A stretch of 51,005 nt of DNA, filler included, from Circinaria calcarea (Eukaryota): the NCBI GenBank assembly GCA_051942165.1. It is 2 parts of 2 records of this genome, joined end to end, with 100 filler letters (N's around TTAATTAATTAA, not from the genome) between each part and the next. Parts side by side here need not be neighbours in the genome. Positions count along the whole stretch, not along the records: positions 1 to 25,458 come from JAVECS010000092.1; 1 more part is not named here. One strand, written 5' to 3'. How positions within the stretch are numbered: the first letter of the stretch is position 1; every line of letters starts with the position of its first letter. Both the position numbers and the translations under genes were made by a program. This document shows positions 12,040-22,953 of this stretch, one piece after another. The notes beneath the pieces are model-generated. The model saw nothing but the letters and a program-made list of their open reading frames with translations. It searched no databases and was not told where the DNA came from.

Positions 12040-12980
12040 CACCTCCGCCACCCGACCATCCAGGAGCGCTTCGCCACGCAGGACGCTGTCGAAATACGGC
12101 TAAAGGACTATGCCGTTAGCCAAGGCTTCCCGCTTGTCAAGCAGGGCGGGGCGGGGACCACAGGGGTCTATATTATAAAGTGCCGGCGGCACGGAGCTGA
12201 AACGAAGGACTGGAAGAGTTAGGCAACGATAAAAGGTCAAAGAAGAAAGACGGGACAATCCGCGACAGCTCTAGTCGCCAAATAGACTGTCCCTATTCAA
12301 TCAGGGTCAGTCAATGGAAAGGGGAGACGAAATAGCGAATCAGACTCACCAATACTACCCACAATCATCCTTTCAACCCGGATCCTTTCCTCGACCCATT
12401 CTTTCGCAGCCGCAGACCCCGTGCGGAAGAGGCTATCAGGCTCGCAACCACCCACAGAGCGGCGGGGGTGTCGCATTCCAATAGTGCGGCGATCATGCGT
12501 GAGTTTGGTCTCAGTAGTAATAAGAAGAATAAGCGGGGCAAGACAAAGATCGAACAGGCACGGGACTTACAAGCTCGATTGGAAGCCTTAGGCTTCCATG
12601 TCAGACCTCTGATCAAGACAGTCTGGAGCAGCGACGGCAAGGTCGTAATTGGAAGGGTTATGGAGCAGATCTTCTTCTGCTCCTCGATCCAGATCACTAT
12701 GGCAAGAAGGTTTGTTAGCGGGTTCATGATGCAGACAGACGCTACCTTTAATACGAATAGGCTTCGCCTATTGCTTTCCAGCTGTATTGATATGACCAAT
12801 ATAGGCAAGTCCTTCGCGTTCACCTACTGCTTCATATCTTCCGAGTCTACCGAGGCATTCACCCATATCTGGAAGTGTATATATGACTTGATATGGTACG
12901 ACAAGGAAGGGGACACGACATGTCCGCCTCCTCGAGTCGTAATCTCAGACTAGGCCGGCGGTTTGATTGCCAGCCTAGCG
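12040..12980 (+). mobile_element. decayed Mutator-like (MULE) transposase
   Basis: FAR1-type Zn region (YAVSQGF..KCRRHG..CPYSI..HNHP) followed by the MULE catalytic region QTDATFNTNRL..GKSF..CFISSESTEAF..PRVVISD*AGGL. Frameshift ~12216; in-frame TAG at 12333 and 12951; no TIRs identified. Confidence 0.8.
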
Positions 12981-13344
12981 AGACGTGAAGCCGCACGATA
13001 GAAAAGCCGGTCTGGACGATACAGCCGCAGAGGCAGTAGGCGAAGACGCCGGTCAACAGCTGGACGCGGTGGAGGCCTCCACTGTCGTAGCGGACCTCCA
13101 GGAGCGGGAGGGAGCTCACCCGTTCGAGGGGGGGGGGTACAGGGGTGCGAAGCGGAGGGAGGAGAAGAAAGCGACGACAACGGCGACGATATCGGCGAGG
13201 GCGAGGGCGAGGGCGAGGATTGGTGGCAGTACCTCGAGTATATCTATCAATTCTGTCAGTGGCACATCGCAGAAGCCATCAGGGCTCATGTCAAGAAGGC
13301 AGGGTATAGGAACAAGACTTACATCGAGGTTTTAGACCTTATCT

Positions 13345-13645
13345 GGCGGTGGATTCGGTCGTCCACCTTCGGACGCGTCCAAAAGGTGGATTCAACTACA
13401 AACAATATCGTGCGCTATCACGACTCGTCATCGAGAAAGCACCGGACGTTGACATTTGGAATGCCGTCTTTGATCTCATTACTACAATCTCTCTCCCCCA
13501 TCTCGCCCCTCATTTACATCGTCGTTTCAGTAGACACCTTGCTCCTTCGAAAATACCTCGGAACACAGGAAGCAGGCTGATGATGCTCTGAAGCAAGAAC
13601 TCCTCCCGAGCCTTCGAATCGATATTCCAGACTTCATCGACGCAA
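13345..13645 (+). pseudogene. fragment resembling the N-terminal region of FunK1-type fungal kinases
   Basis: YRALSRLVIEKAPDVDIWNAVFDLI then, in another frame, SEHRKQADDALKQELLPSLRIDIPDF; no kinase domain follows. Family assignment is from recall only. Confidence 0.45.
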
Positions 13646-14350
13646 GTTATGATAGCTCGGCTTGGGCAATCTCAAAGAGCGAGCAGGCAGAGCTGGATCA
13701 CAGGTTGGGGAGCGCAGGGTCTCGCATGGTCTTGTACATGGGATGCAGCAACTTGAAATAATAGACGTAACGTCGCCCACTGCGTAGCGGAAAGCCCCCT
13801 GTGCCGGAATGAATTTATTGTTCAGGCATCTCAACTCTCTCCCCCGCAGTTCTATCAAGTTCCAATTAATATGGTATTATTCTCTAGATATTTCTCTCTG
13901 AAAATAAGTATACAATCAAAAAAATACAGCGGTCTTCATCACGCTGTCGCTCGTTCCTTTTAGAGCGTTCAGAATTGCATTAGCTTTGCACCCCTACTGC
14001 ACTATAATTTATCTTTAAAATTTCAAATTTCGGAGCATCGAATTGATAGTTCTATGATGAAAGAAGATACCCCTAGCTTTAAAGACACTCAGCCCTTGAA
14101 AATATACACTCCCAATTTATCCGCGCAAATGGTTTCTGTAGCGTATCTTGACATTTGGGTTTAGCGCGCTTACGTGATGGCGTATTAGATAACCATCTAT
14201 CTGTATTGTATTCTACAATACACCTAGCTGACTCATAGTGTGGCGCTCTTCTAGAAGCATCTAGAGACGGTCATTTTTGGCAGCCGGGCATGCGCGCGTT
14301 CATTGGTGTCAGCTGTCTCTCATGCCTTTCCCATCACCACAATCGTTAAT

Positions 14351-16012
14351 ATGGACCGAGCCAGCCAGGTACTGGCGCAAGGCCTCCCTTCAGATGGACC
14401 TAGAACGTGGGCTGCCCTATCAGAAAGGGGCGATGTCCCTCTCACTACGCTCTATTATCGCGCACACGGACGACCCTCGAGAAAGGAAAAGGCCCAACGC
14501 CAGCAATACCTTACCGTAGAGGAAGAGAAAGCTCTTGTTACGTTTTTGTTACTAATGTCCGATCTTGGGCAACCTGTGCGAATAAAGTATATACCTTCGC
14601 TAGCCTTCAGCGTCACCCGCCAGCTGTCTACGACGATGGATGAGCCCCCAGGCAAGAACTGGGCTCGAGCCTTTGAGAAACGCCATCCAGAACTCAAAGC
14701 AAGGAGAGTTAGGTCGATAGACTGGAAACGTCACGAGAACAACACATACGTTAAGATCGTATACTGGTTCGAGGTAATTGGAAAAGTAATACAAAATCCG
14801 GCCATTTTACCAGAAAATGTCTACAATATGGACGAGACGGGAGTTATGCTAAGCATGCTCGGCTCCGTCAAAGTCCTTGTAGGTAAGGACGACCCACGAG
14901 ACTATACGGGCGCGGGTGTTAAGCGGACAATGGTAACTGCTATCGAGTGCATAAGTGCTGACGGTAGGTCGCTGCTCCCTCTTATAATCTGGCCAGCTTC
15001 AACCCATCGAAGCAACTGGACGACGTATAAAACCCCCGGATGGCATTACGCACATTCAGAAAACGGATACAACGACTCCAAAATTAGCTTGGAGTGGCTT
15101 AAGCGTGTGTTTGATCCCCAAACTAAAGAACGGGCTAATCAGAAACCACGGGTATTAATTTGCGACGGCTTCGGGACACACAAGACACTTGAGATGTTAG
15201 AGTATTGCTTTGAAAACAACATTATCCTGTGTCGTCTCCCTTCTCATACCTCTCACAAGCTCCAGCCCTGTGACGTCGGAGTCTTTGCTCCTTTAAAGAC
15301 AGCCTATCGCGACGAGGTTGAACGACTGTATCGAGGAGGTTTAGACACAGTTGGCAAGGAGCATTTCACCTCTCTGTACGAGCCTGCAAGGAAAAAGGCG
15401 TTGACCAAGAGGAATATTATAGCCGGGTGGGCTGCAAGTGGTTTGTTTCCGTTCAATCCAGAGAGAGTACTCCGACATACACCGAAGCCCCCCGCTGAAC
15501 TTACAGTTCCGAAAGCTAATGAGGTGGTGTCTTGTCCGCAAGACCAAGTACTGCAAATGCCTATAACCCCTGTAACGCCAGTGACAACAGAGGCTCTTAC
15601 GTCGTTGCACAATCTGATTAAACAGGAGCTTAATGAACCAAGTAAACACCGCATACAGAGGCACGTACAGAAGCTCGCAAGTGCCGCCAAAATATCATTT
15701 GCCAAACAAACCCTCCTTCAGGATCAAAATCGATTCTTGTCCAAGATCAACAACGAAGCCAAAGTTCGCCGATCGACCAGATCAGTGGTCCTGGGGAAGG
15801 CGAAGGTGATGAGCTATGAGGACCTTGAGGAGGCACGAGCGAAGCGTGCCGCAAAAGAGAAAGCTACGGCGGATAAGGGCAAGGGAAAACGCGGGCGTAA
15901 GCGCAAGAGTCCTGCGCCAGAGGAGGGTTCGTCAGTACCAACGGACAACGAAGTGCTGGAGCCAATGAAAGCCCCAGTGCCATGGAGGGCCCCAGTGGCG
16001 CGAATGTACTAG
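14351..16012 (+). mobile_element. pogo/Fot1-family DNA transposase (HTH + DDE_1), intact ORF
   Basis: VPLTTLYYR and PPGKNWARAFEKRHPEL HTH regions. Catalytic VYNMDETG, LICDGFGTH and HKLQPCDVG with 35 residues between the 2nd and 3rd Asp (DD35D). Basic KGKRGRKRK tail. Paired TIRs not found. Confidence 0.93.
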
Positions 16013-16104
16013 AGAAGTGTTGTTGAACTTGCTTCATGCTGCTTTGCCTTCAGAACCCAGCAGATCCACGTTTTAGCGCTGTGCTGAATGCAAAACTTCA
16101 CTCT

Positions 16105-16240
16105 CCTAGTCCAATTCCTACGCTTTCTGGCCCTTTGATCGCACGTCGGCGATCCTCCGCTTTCCAGGCTCCTGCTATTAATGAGGGCGGACGCCTACCG
16201 AGCAAGAATTGGTCGCAGGACTTCTACAAACGTCATCCCG
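16105..16240 (+). mobile_element. fragment of a second pogo-like transposase HTH region
   Basis: VQFLRFLA / IARRRSSAFQAPAINEGGRLPSKNWSQDFYKRHP parallels PPGKNWARAFEKRHP of the upstream transposase; frameshifted and truncated. Confidence 0.6.
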
Positions 16241-16360
16241 ATGGTCACAGAGACGTACGGCAAAAGTGCAACCGGACGGAGAAAGAGAAGGCAATTGTCA
16301 CTCAATTCTCGATGGTGACCGATATTTCCTGCGATTGCACTTATGTTGGCCTAGCTAAAC

Positions 16361-17261
16361 TCAAGGTTGAGTACCCCATTTCAAATTGCTAATGAAGCCC
16401 GTATTTTGACCTAGTTGAAAACCCGAATTGTTTGCACCTGAAAAGTTGACATGAATAGACCCAGAATCAAGTTGCGGCGTGGCCTCTGCTAGCCATTTTC
16501 TTGCTGTTGTACAGGCCTGCTGGCTTTGCTCAATAGCCTTCTTCTCGGTTTCTAGAGCCAGCCGGTCCTCCTCGAGTACTCTTTTCTGTCTCTCCAAAAC
16601 CTGTAGACTGCTATCCCCATCAGGTTCGGTGTGTTGATCATGAGATATAGCGGAGGCTTCAACGGCAAGCCTGTCGAGGCCTTCAGTAATCTCCTTAATA
16701 TGCACCTCAAGGTCCAGCTCCGTTTGGCTGATTTTATCGTTAAGCTTCCTTTTTATTTCATCGATAGCTTCGGCGGTCAAGTCAGAAGTAGTTCTAGAAC
16801 CAGGACATATTAATAGAGCTCGGAATATTTAGATACCAGACCTCTCACAGCGTGAAAAGGTCTAGTACGATTGCAATGGTAGCTTTGTACGATGCGAGCT
16901 GGCCCTTGTATCCGTCAATGGTCTTTCCTTTATACTGTATTTTGACCCAATCTCTCGCGCTTCTGCTGCCATCGGCTGAATGCGTGGTACACTGTTGAAT
17001 GAGCGACCTCAGATGGAAACAGACCATGCCACACTGATGGAGGGGGTATCGGATGTCTTCAAACTTCAAGGCATCGCTCGTGACTTTCTTGCGGATAGAG
17101 CTGAGAACCGGATCGAGGGCCAGCAATTCGCTCTTCAAGTCCCGGATTGTTTGAGGAGCTTTTTGGATGCTGTTCACAAGGTCGTAGACAGCCTTGCTTG
17201 TCTGAAACGCGAATGTTGCGATGCCCAGTAAACCGGCTGTGACTCCAATCGGTTCAGCCAT
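16361..17261 (-). CDS. HeLo-like (HELL) domain cell-death effector with C-terminal PP amyloid motif (HELLP-like), ~281 aa
   Basis: Two exons joined by a phase-2 intron 16848-16794 (GTGAGA..TAG). Hydrophobic N-terminal helix MAEPIGVTAGLLGIATFAFQTS, helical HeLo-like body (RDWVKIQY..YKATIAIVL), C-terminal FSGANNSGFQLGQNTGFISN. Confidence 0.85.
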
Positions 17262-17588
17262 GAGGGTTAAGGTTTAGTATTTTCAAGCACTTTTAGATAC
17301 TATGGAGAAATCGTAGGGGACTGTATATATGATGTGGCAAAGAAATGAGGAGGCTTCAACGTGGCAGCATTCCACAAGCGCTCAGCCTGACCGCTAATGC
17401 GACCGAATTTTGCCTAATTAGGAAATCAATTGTCTATGAAGTGTGAATTTCGAATAACAGCTTCAAGTCAGTGCTGGACTTACTGTTTTACGAACGGAGC
17501 GGGTGCCTAAATCCAGCGAACTGCGCAGTTAATGACATCTCTGTTACCCACAGTACCAGCGTAGCGATATCGGATTAGTCTAACGGCA
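17262..17588. promoter_or_regulatory. putative bidirectional promoter of the effector/NLR pair
   Basis: 327-bp spacer between head-to-head ATGs; TATATATA element at ~17324. Confidence 0.5.
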
Positions 17589-19353
17589 ATGACCGCCGCG
17601 AACTCTTCAGCGTCTTTCACTGGCGGCAACAATCAGGGCTTCCAGCTTGGCCACAACGCAGGCTTTGTTTACAACACCATTAACGTGGCGCAGGCACCTT
17701 TGTCCTTAACTGCCATACACAGCTACGACTTTGGCGTCCGACTTCGTGATGCCCCGCAGATTGATGAGGACCACTTCATTGGCCGCGATCACGAACTCGA
17801 GCAGCTACAGACATTGCTCACTCCATGTCCTGGAAGGCAGAATATAGTGGCGCTATATGGAATGGGAGGGGTAGGTAAAACGCAGCTGGGCATCCACATG
17901 ATCAGGCGATCGGGAAGCAGATACTCATTGGTATATTGGCTTAATGCGAAGGATGAAAATACACTGAAGGCTGGGCTCGCGCTACTAGCGATGGAGATAA
18001 CAGAGATATCTGCGTCCTCCATCCTCACGGACGCGCATCAGGAAGAGCGACTGATGCAACAAGCACGACAATGGCTGTCACAGCAGGGCAACGACAAGTG
18101 GTCGATCGTATACGATAACTATGACAATCCCCGTCTGTCCGGAATAGATAGCGCAACGGGGTATGATATCCGCGCCTACTTCCCATCCCGAGCACAGGGT
18201 TCGATCCTGATCACGACGCGCTCGCCGCGACTAGCTTTTGCAAAGCAACTTCGGGTAACAAAACTGCAGGATATCGGTCAGAGCCTAGCTATTCTTGCAA
18301 CGCGGTCAGGCCGCAAGGTTGACGGAGGTGAGAGAAAGACTGCAGATAAGGAAAAGCGATTACGATGGCTAACCTTTCTTCTATCCCTAAGATAAGTCAG
18401 CTGAACGACTCGCACAACGCCTTGATGGGCTGCCATTGGCACTAGCGACGGCCGGCGCATACCTCAGTCAGTCGGCGGACAGCTTTGACGAGTATTCCGA
18501 ACTATACAATCACAGCTGGAATGATCTCAGCCAGTATAGTAGCGGGCCGGTAGACTACGAGGAGCGAACACTATACTCAACATGGAACGTGTCATTTCAA
18601 CAGGTCCAGGACCAAGACCCTGCGGCGGCCGAGCTTTTAAAGCTAATGGCATATCTGGACAATCAAGATCTCTGGTACGGGCTTTTTCATAAGGACGTTA
18701 GCAACGCACCGGTATGGTGGACTGATGTGCTAATGAGCCGGGCGAGGTTTAATCAGGCGATCTCAATACTGCATAATTTCTCTCTCCTCGAGGTGAGTAC
18801 GGGACAGTACAGCCTACATACATGTGAGCACGACTGGACGCTGGAGTATTTGAATAACGAATTTGACCAAGAAAGATGTCGGATCGCTATCCACTGTATA
18901 GCGGCGAACGTAAGTGGGGAGTCAGAAGCGGAGTACTGGATGAGAAGCCGGCGAGTGTTACCACATGCGCGCCGATTTGAGCATAATCGAATAAAAGCTG
19001 CAATCGACTGGAGTATAATTGCGCCCGGAGAACTACATATGCTTGCAGATCTGTACCAGCAGAACGATATGAGTTCTGAGGCGGAGAAGATGTATCGGCG
19101 GGCGCTGGATGGATACGAGAAAGCGTGGGGCCCGGATCATACATCCACCCTCAATACCGTCAACAACTTGGGCCTTCTTTACGCTGATCAAGGCAAGCAT
19201 AGCGAGGCGGAGAAGATGTATCGGCGGGCACTGGATGGATACGAGAAAGCGTGGGGCCCGGATCATCCCTCCACACTCCGTACTATCGACAACCTACGTT
19301 TGCTTAATGCCGATCGAAGTGGGCATATAAAAGTGAAAGAGATACATTCGTAG
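17589..19353 (+). CDS. fungal NLR: N-terminal PP amyloid motif + NB-ARC + TPR (PNT1-like), ~566 aa
   Basis: N-terminal FTGGNNQGFQLGHNAGFVYN, FIGRDHEL, Walker A GMGGVGKTQL, Walker B IVYDNYD, ILITTR. A phase-1 intron 18328-18391 restores RLDGLPLAL. Two 42-aa TPR units EAEKMYRRALDGYEKAWGPDH. Confidence 0.9.
19075..19326 (+). repeat. 126-bp TPR-coding tandem repeat x2
   Basis: 19078-19140 and 19204-19266 are identical at 62 of 63 positions; the second halves of the units are more diverged. Confidence 0.9.
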
Positions 19354-19899
19354 GCGCTCGATAGAAGCGATGGAGCACACGACACCAACGAGTATTCACA
19401 ATCGCCACCATCAACAGGGAAAGGCATCTTGAAGAGACTCAAAGCAGGATGCGGAGGCGGAAAAGGGGCTCTACAGGACAGTGAATAGATCTCAGAAATA
19501 ATATAATACAATCCTAGGCATTATGAAATGCACCATGCAGATCGAATTTTGACTCAATTGACACGAGTAGTCGCATGCCATCCGACGTACAATCTGAAAT
19601 CTATCACTTATAAGAGACGCTATATATATCTTGCCTCTATAACCAAAACTTGGTGTATGCTTCCGTTGTCCCTCAGTATTATACATGGAGAACGTGGAGT
19701 CTTGAACACCGAAGTACCTTAACCAAATTCCACCACGTAGGGTGTTTCACGACGCCGGGATGGGTTTAGGGGATCGTAATAGAGTAGGTGCCACTTCGAG
19801 ACGCGTACCGGTTATTTGCTGATTGCTCGGAGTTGGATCTTCATGTTCCGAGGGTCCGCACAGCTATAGAATCAACAGCCACAATAGCTTACCGGAGAG

Positions 19900-20460
19900 G
19901 GTAAATAAATTACCAAGATTAATATGTGAGCCGTACCATACGGGGTGGTTCTGTACTAGCCGGAGTTGGTAACTGCTTTTATTAGAAGTACCGACTAGGG
20001 TGGGGATCTTGCATGAGTTTGCGCGACACAGTAGATATAAGGCTGATGATAACTTCCTAGTATTGTAGTAAGTCTCGGGGGCTCATATAAGACAGTATTA
20101 TAGAGTAATAAGAGCTTAAAAGTAGTGCTATAGAGAAGGGATAATATTAGGCCATAGAAGGAAGCTCTCTGCGAATCAGGCGCAAGGGCGACTATACGAA
20201 CGTAATTTTCAGGTAGGAGGAGTCTCGAATATTTACAAGTAGCCACAGCACACGACTGACATATAATTGTAGTAGATCCCGACGTATGCGCAGGGTCATA
20301 GTCGCTTAAAGTTGAAGTACCCCTCACATTTTCCGGTACGGTGGGCTTTCCGCGACCCAGGGATGGACGTTATACTTTTCCTTCCTTGGCAGCCAATCGA
20401 TTAGTGTTTCGTAACCTACCCTACTTTAGGTCCTAAGTACTTTACGTCTAAGATTTACCG
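19900..20460. other. TpA-rich degenerate relic, probably a RIP-mutated repeat
   Basis: Visibly dense TA/TAG/TAA content (e.g. tagagtaataagagcttaaaagtagtgctatag) compared with the flanks; no intact protein-like ORF. Confidence 0.45.
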
Positions 20461-20690
20461 CTGTAATTGCTCCCTCAACGGAACTTAAAGCTAGAATGTG
20501 TGGTGTTATCAGAAGTCGGGTGCTTTTTCACTCTCCTTGGGTACACGTATGAAAGGAGGGAGCAGAGACTGATTTTTGGAGAGATAGATTCAAGTGTTAA
20601 CCAGGAAATGAGCCATGCCTTGAAAATGCATAGTAAGTATACTGATAAAACAACCAAACGACTAGCAAACTTGTTTTTCTTCAATGCCGC

Positions 20691-21293
20691 TTAGTACCAA
20701 GGCGTTGCCTCATAGTTATTCTCCTCCTCCTCTGTCTCTTTCTCATCGTTGTCGTCGTCTTCATCTTCCTCCTCTTCATCCTCCGCCTCCTCTCCACCCT
20801 CTTCCTCCTTCTCCTCTTTCTCCGCTTCTTTACCATCCAGCTTGTAGACCTGAGCATGCAGTATCAGCATAATGGCTTTGCGATAAACTGACGGCCTCCG
20901 GTTCCCCGCTACGTCAAGCGCTACTTCTGACCAGTCGACTTGGTTCAGTATTGACTCTGATGCTCTTATGAGTTCCGCGGACGAAATATTCAGATATGAA
21001 GGCTGAGGAGAGGAGAGTGGATTGTCGCCACAGAGACGTTTAGGAGATGGACCATGATTACCACGCTCTGGTAGTAGTATTGGGCGTTTCATCATTCCCA
21101 TCTCGTCTGCGCCAGTGTTTGCCTCAAGTGAAGAAAGCGCCCGCTTATTCCTCTTATCAAGTATAGGATAAGGAGTGAGCGGGAGATCTGTCGTATGGTG
21201 ATCATTTCGATGATGGATGAAATGTGGTTGCGGGAGTCGTAATGGAGTACAGTAGGAAACTTTCCCTTTCCATTTAGTGCTGGGCTGCTCCAT
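20691..21293 (-). CDS. hypothetical protein with small helical domain and acidic C-terminal tract
   Basis: ATG-started 200-aa ORF; helical segment ELIRASESILNQVDWSEVALDVAGNRRPSVYRKAI followed by an E/D run. Confidence 0.55.
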   Translation of the reverse strand: MEQPSTKWKGKVSYCTPLRLPQPHFIHHRNDHHTTDLPLTPYPILDKRNKRALSSLEANTGADEMGMMKRPILLPERGNHGPSPKRLCGDNPLSSPQPSYLNISSAELIRASESILNQVDWSEVALDVAGNRRPSVYRKAIMLILHAQVYKLDGKEAEKEEKEEEGGEEAEDEEEEDEDDDNDEKETEEEENNYEATPWY

Positions 21294-21419
21294 CTTTACT
21301 GTCTATCAGTCTCTGCCTCTTGTGTAGAAGGGATGTGCTTTTTCAGCTGTTTATGACTGTTGTGAAAGCGACTGAATATAACTTAAGGTTCTCGCTGCGT
21401 CTTTATGCTCTTGCTACCC

Positions 21420-21495
21420 GTCCTATCCAAATATAGCTCCCACCCAAATATAGCTCCCCATTCTATCCAAATGTGGCTCCCTATATGGCTCCCCT
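21420..21495. repeat. short degenerate tandem repeat (ccaaatatagctccc-like x3-4)
   Basis: ccaaatatagctccc, ccaaatatagctcccc, ccaaatgtggctccc and tatatggctcccc in succession. Confidence 0.7.
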
Positions 21496-22953
21496 TTCCC
21501 AACGCGGGGAGTGCCTGCGATCCTTCTTTCCCGCCTCTGACCACCTGTTATTGTACCTCACAAACCTATTTCTGGCTCCCCTCATTCCGCTTCTTGCTTC
21601 CCACCGCTCCAATTGCTGCTGACCTCAATCCCTGTATGCTGTAGATCATTGTTGCCTTTAGCTATATCCAGGCCCTCACAGGTGCGGATGATTGCCAGTC
21701 ATCCGCCGGAGCAATAGTAGTAGAGCGTGACTCATGAAACATAAGCGGAGGTTGATAAAGGATTGTAGTGGATGTGAATGCCTTCGATGAGAGCTGAATT
21801 AAAGCGACGACCTGATGCACAGCTGCCAAGGATGTTGGTACGGCCAGGCTAAGCGAGAGAGAAGCTCCAGGGTTGTATTTTTGCCATCTACTAAGTAAGA
21901 GGTTTCATTGTGAAGAGACACGAGTGCATAGTGCACTCTAGATTTATGACCTTCGACGAATACAGTACTAGAACTACACTAATTCTAACTCTGATACATC
22001 ATACAAGAATTTTGCGTAATCGTCACTTTTTCCTTAAGTGATTCCTGTAAGGGCGCCTGATCGGTATACATCGGAGTAGAAACTCGACCCATATAAGCGG
22101 TTTCAGCTTGAAGACCCTGAGAGAAAGTCGGCACCTCGAGATTGGCTTCTGAATCTAGAAAGGGAAACAAAGTCGGGCCCTCATACCAGTAATATAGGTC
22201 CCGCTGCCGGTACTGTTGAGAAAGGCGTCCCAGTCATAATCTTCCTCAAGAATAGTGTTCATTACGGAGAAGAAGTGGAATGTTATGTGCCTGCGTTCGC
22301 GCACGGCTGCTCCCTTTAAATCTCGCTCGAAGCATAATGCGTTCCTGGTGGAAAAGCGGTCGTTTCTGGAGCGCTTGATGTGACCGGTCATATTGCTCGA
22401 GTCGGAAGGATTCGCCTTAATGTTGGATTACTATATAAAAGCCCCAAAGCTTAATCATGACCGTGGTGCGTGGTCTGACGTGCGTACGCCACCAAGACAT
22501 ACCAGGATTTGCCTATCCAATAACCTTCATGCTTTCATGAACATTTGCCCGTGCTGACGGATCTAAAACCAACATCCCTAGCCTGGTTTTTGAAAGCCTA
22601 TCTTCAGTGTCCACCGATGAGGGTTATAGTTGGGGACTGTCCGTGCCCCCTCCAAGCGTTGCCCCTCCAAGCCCACCGCTCATATCTATGTCTCCGTAGA
22701 GTAACTGCCGGAGGAAGGTTAATATGCTTCAAGGATGCACCATGATGGCCAACAAAATCATAGGTTGGTTAGAAAAAAATACTAGTGACTCGAAAACGAA
22801 CAGTCCAACATACATGCTATTTCAAAGTGCGAATGGAGTATAAGTACAGCTCTCTCAAATAGTCATCCTCAATCGCCGAGCACCCTCACCGAAGAGTTAC
22901 TTCAAGGCAATCACTAAGTATTCACATAGATCACATACTTATTTCTGACGATA

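Noticed and set aside
13194..13217. (GGCGAG)4 and the 'ARARARAR' ORF 12985-13335
   Set aside because: Microsatellite in degenerate sequence downstream of the MULE remnant; no evidence for a real protein.
21684..21706. 8-bp stem hairpin gcggatga/tcatccgc as an element end or terminator
   Set aside because: Short enough to occur by chance and not followed by CTRR or any other supporting feature.
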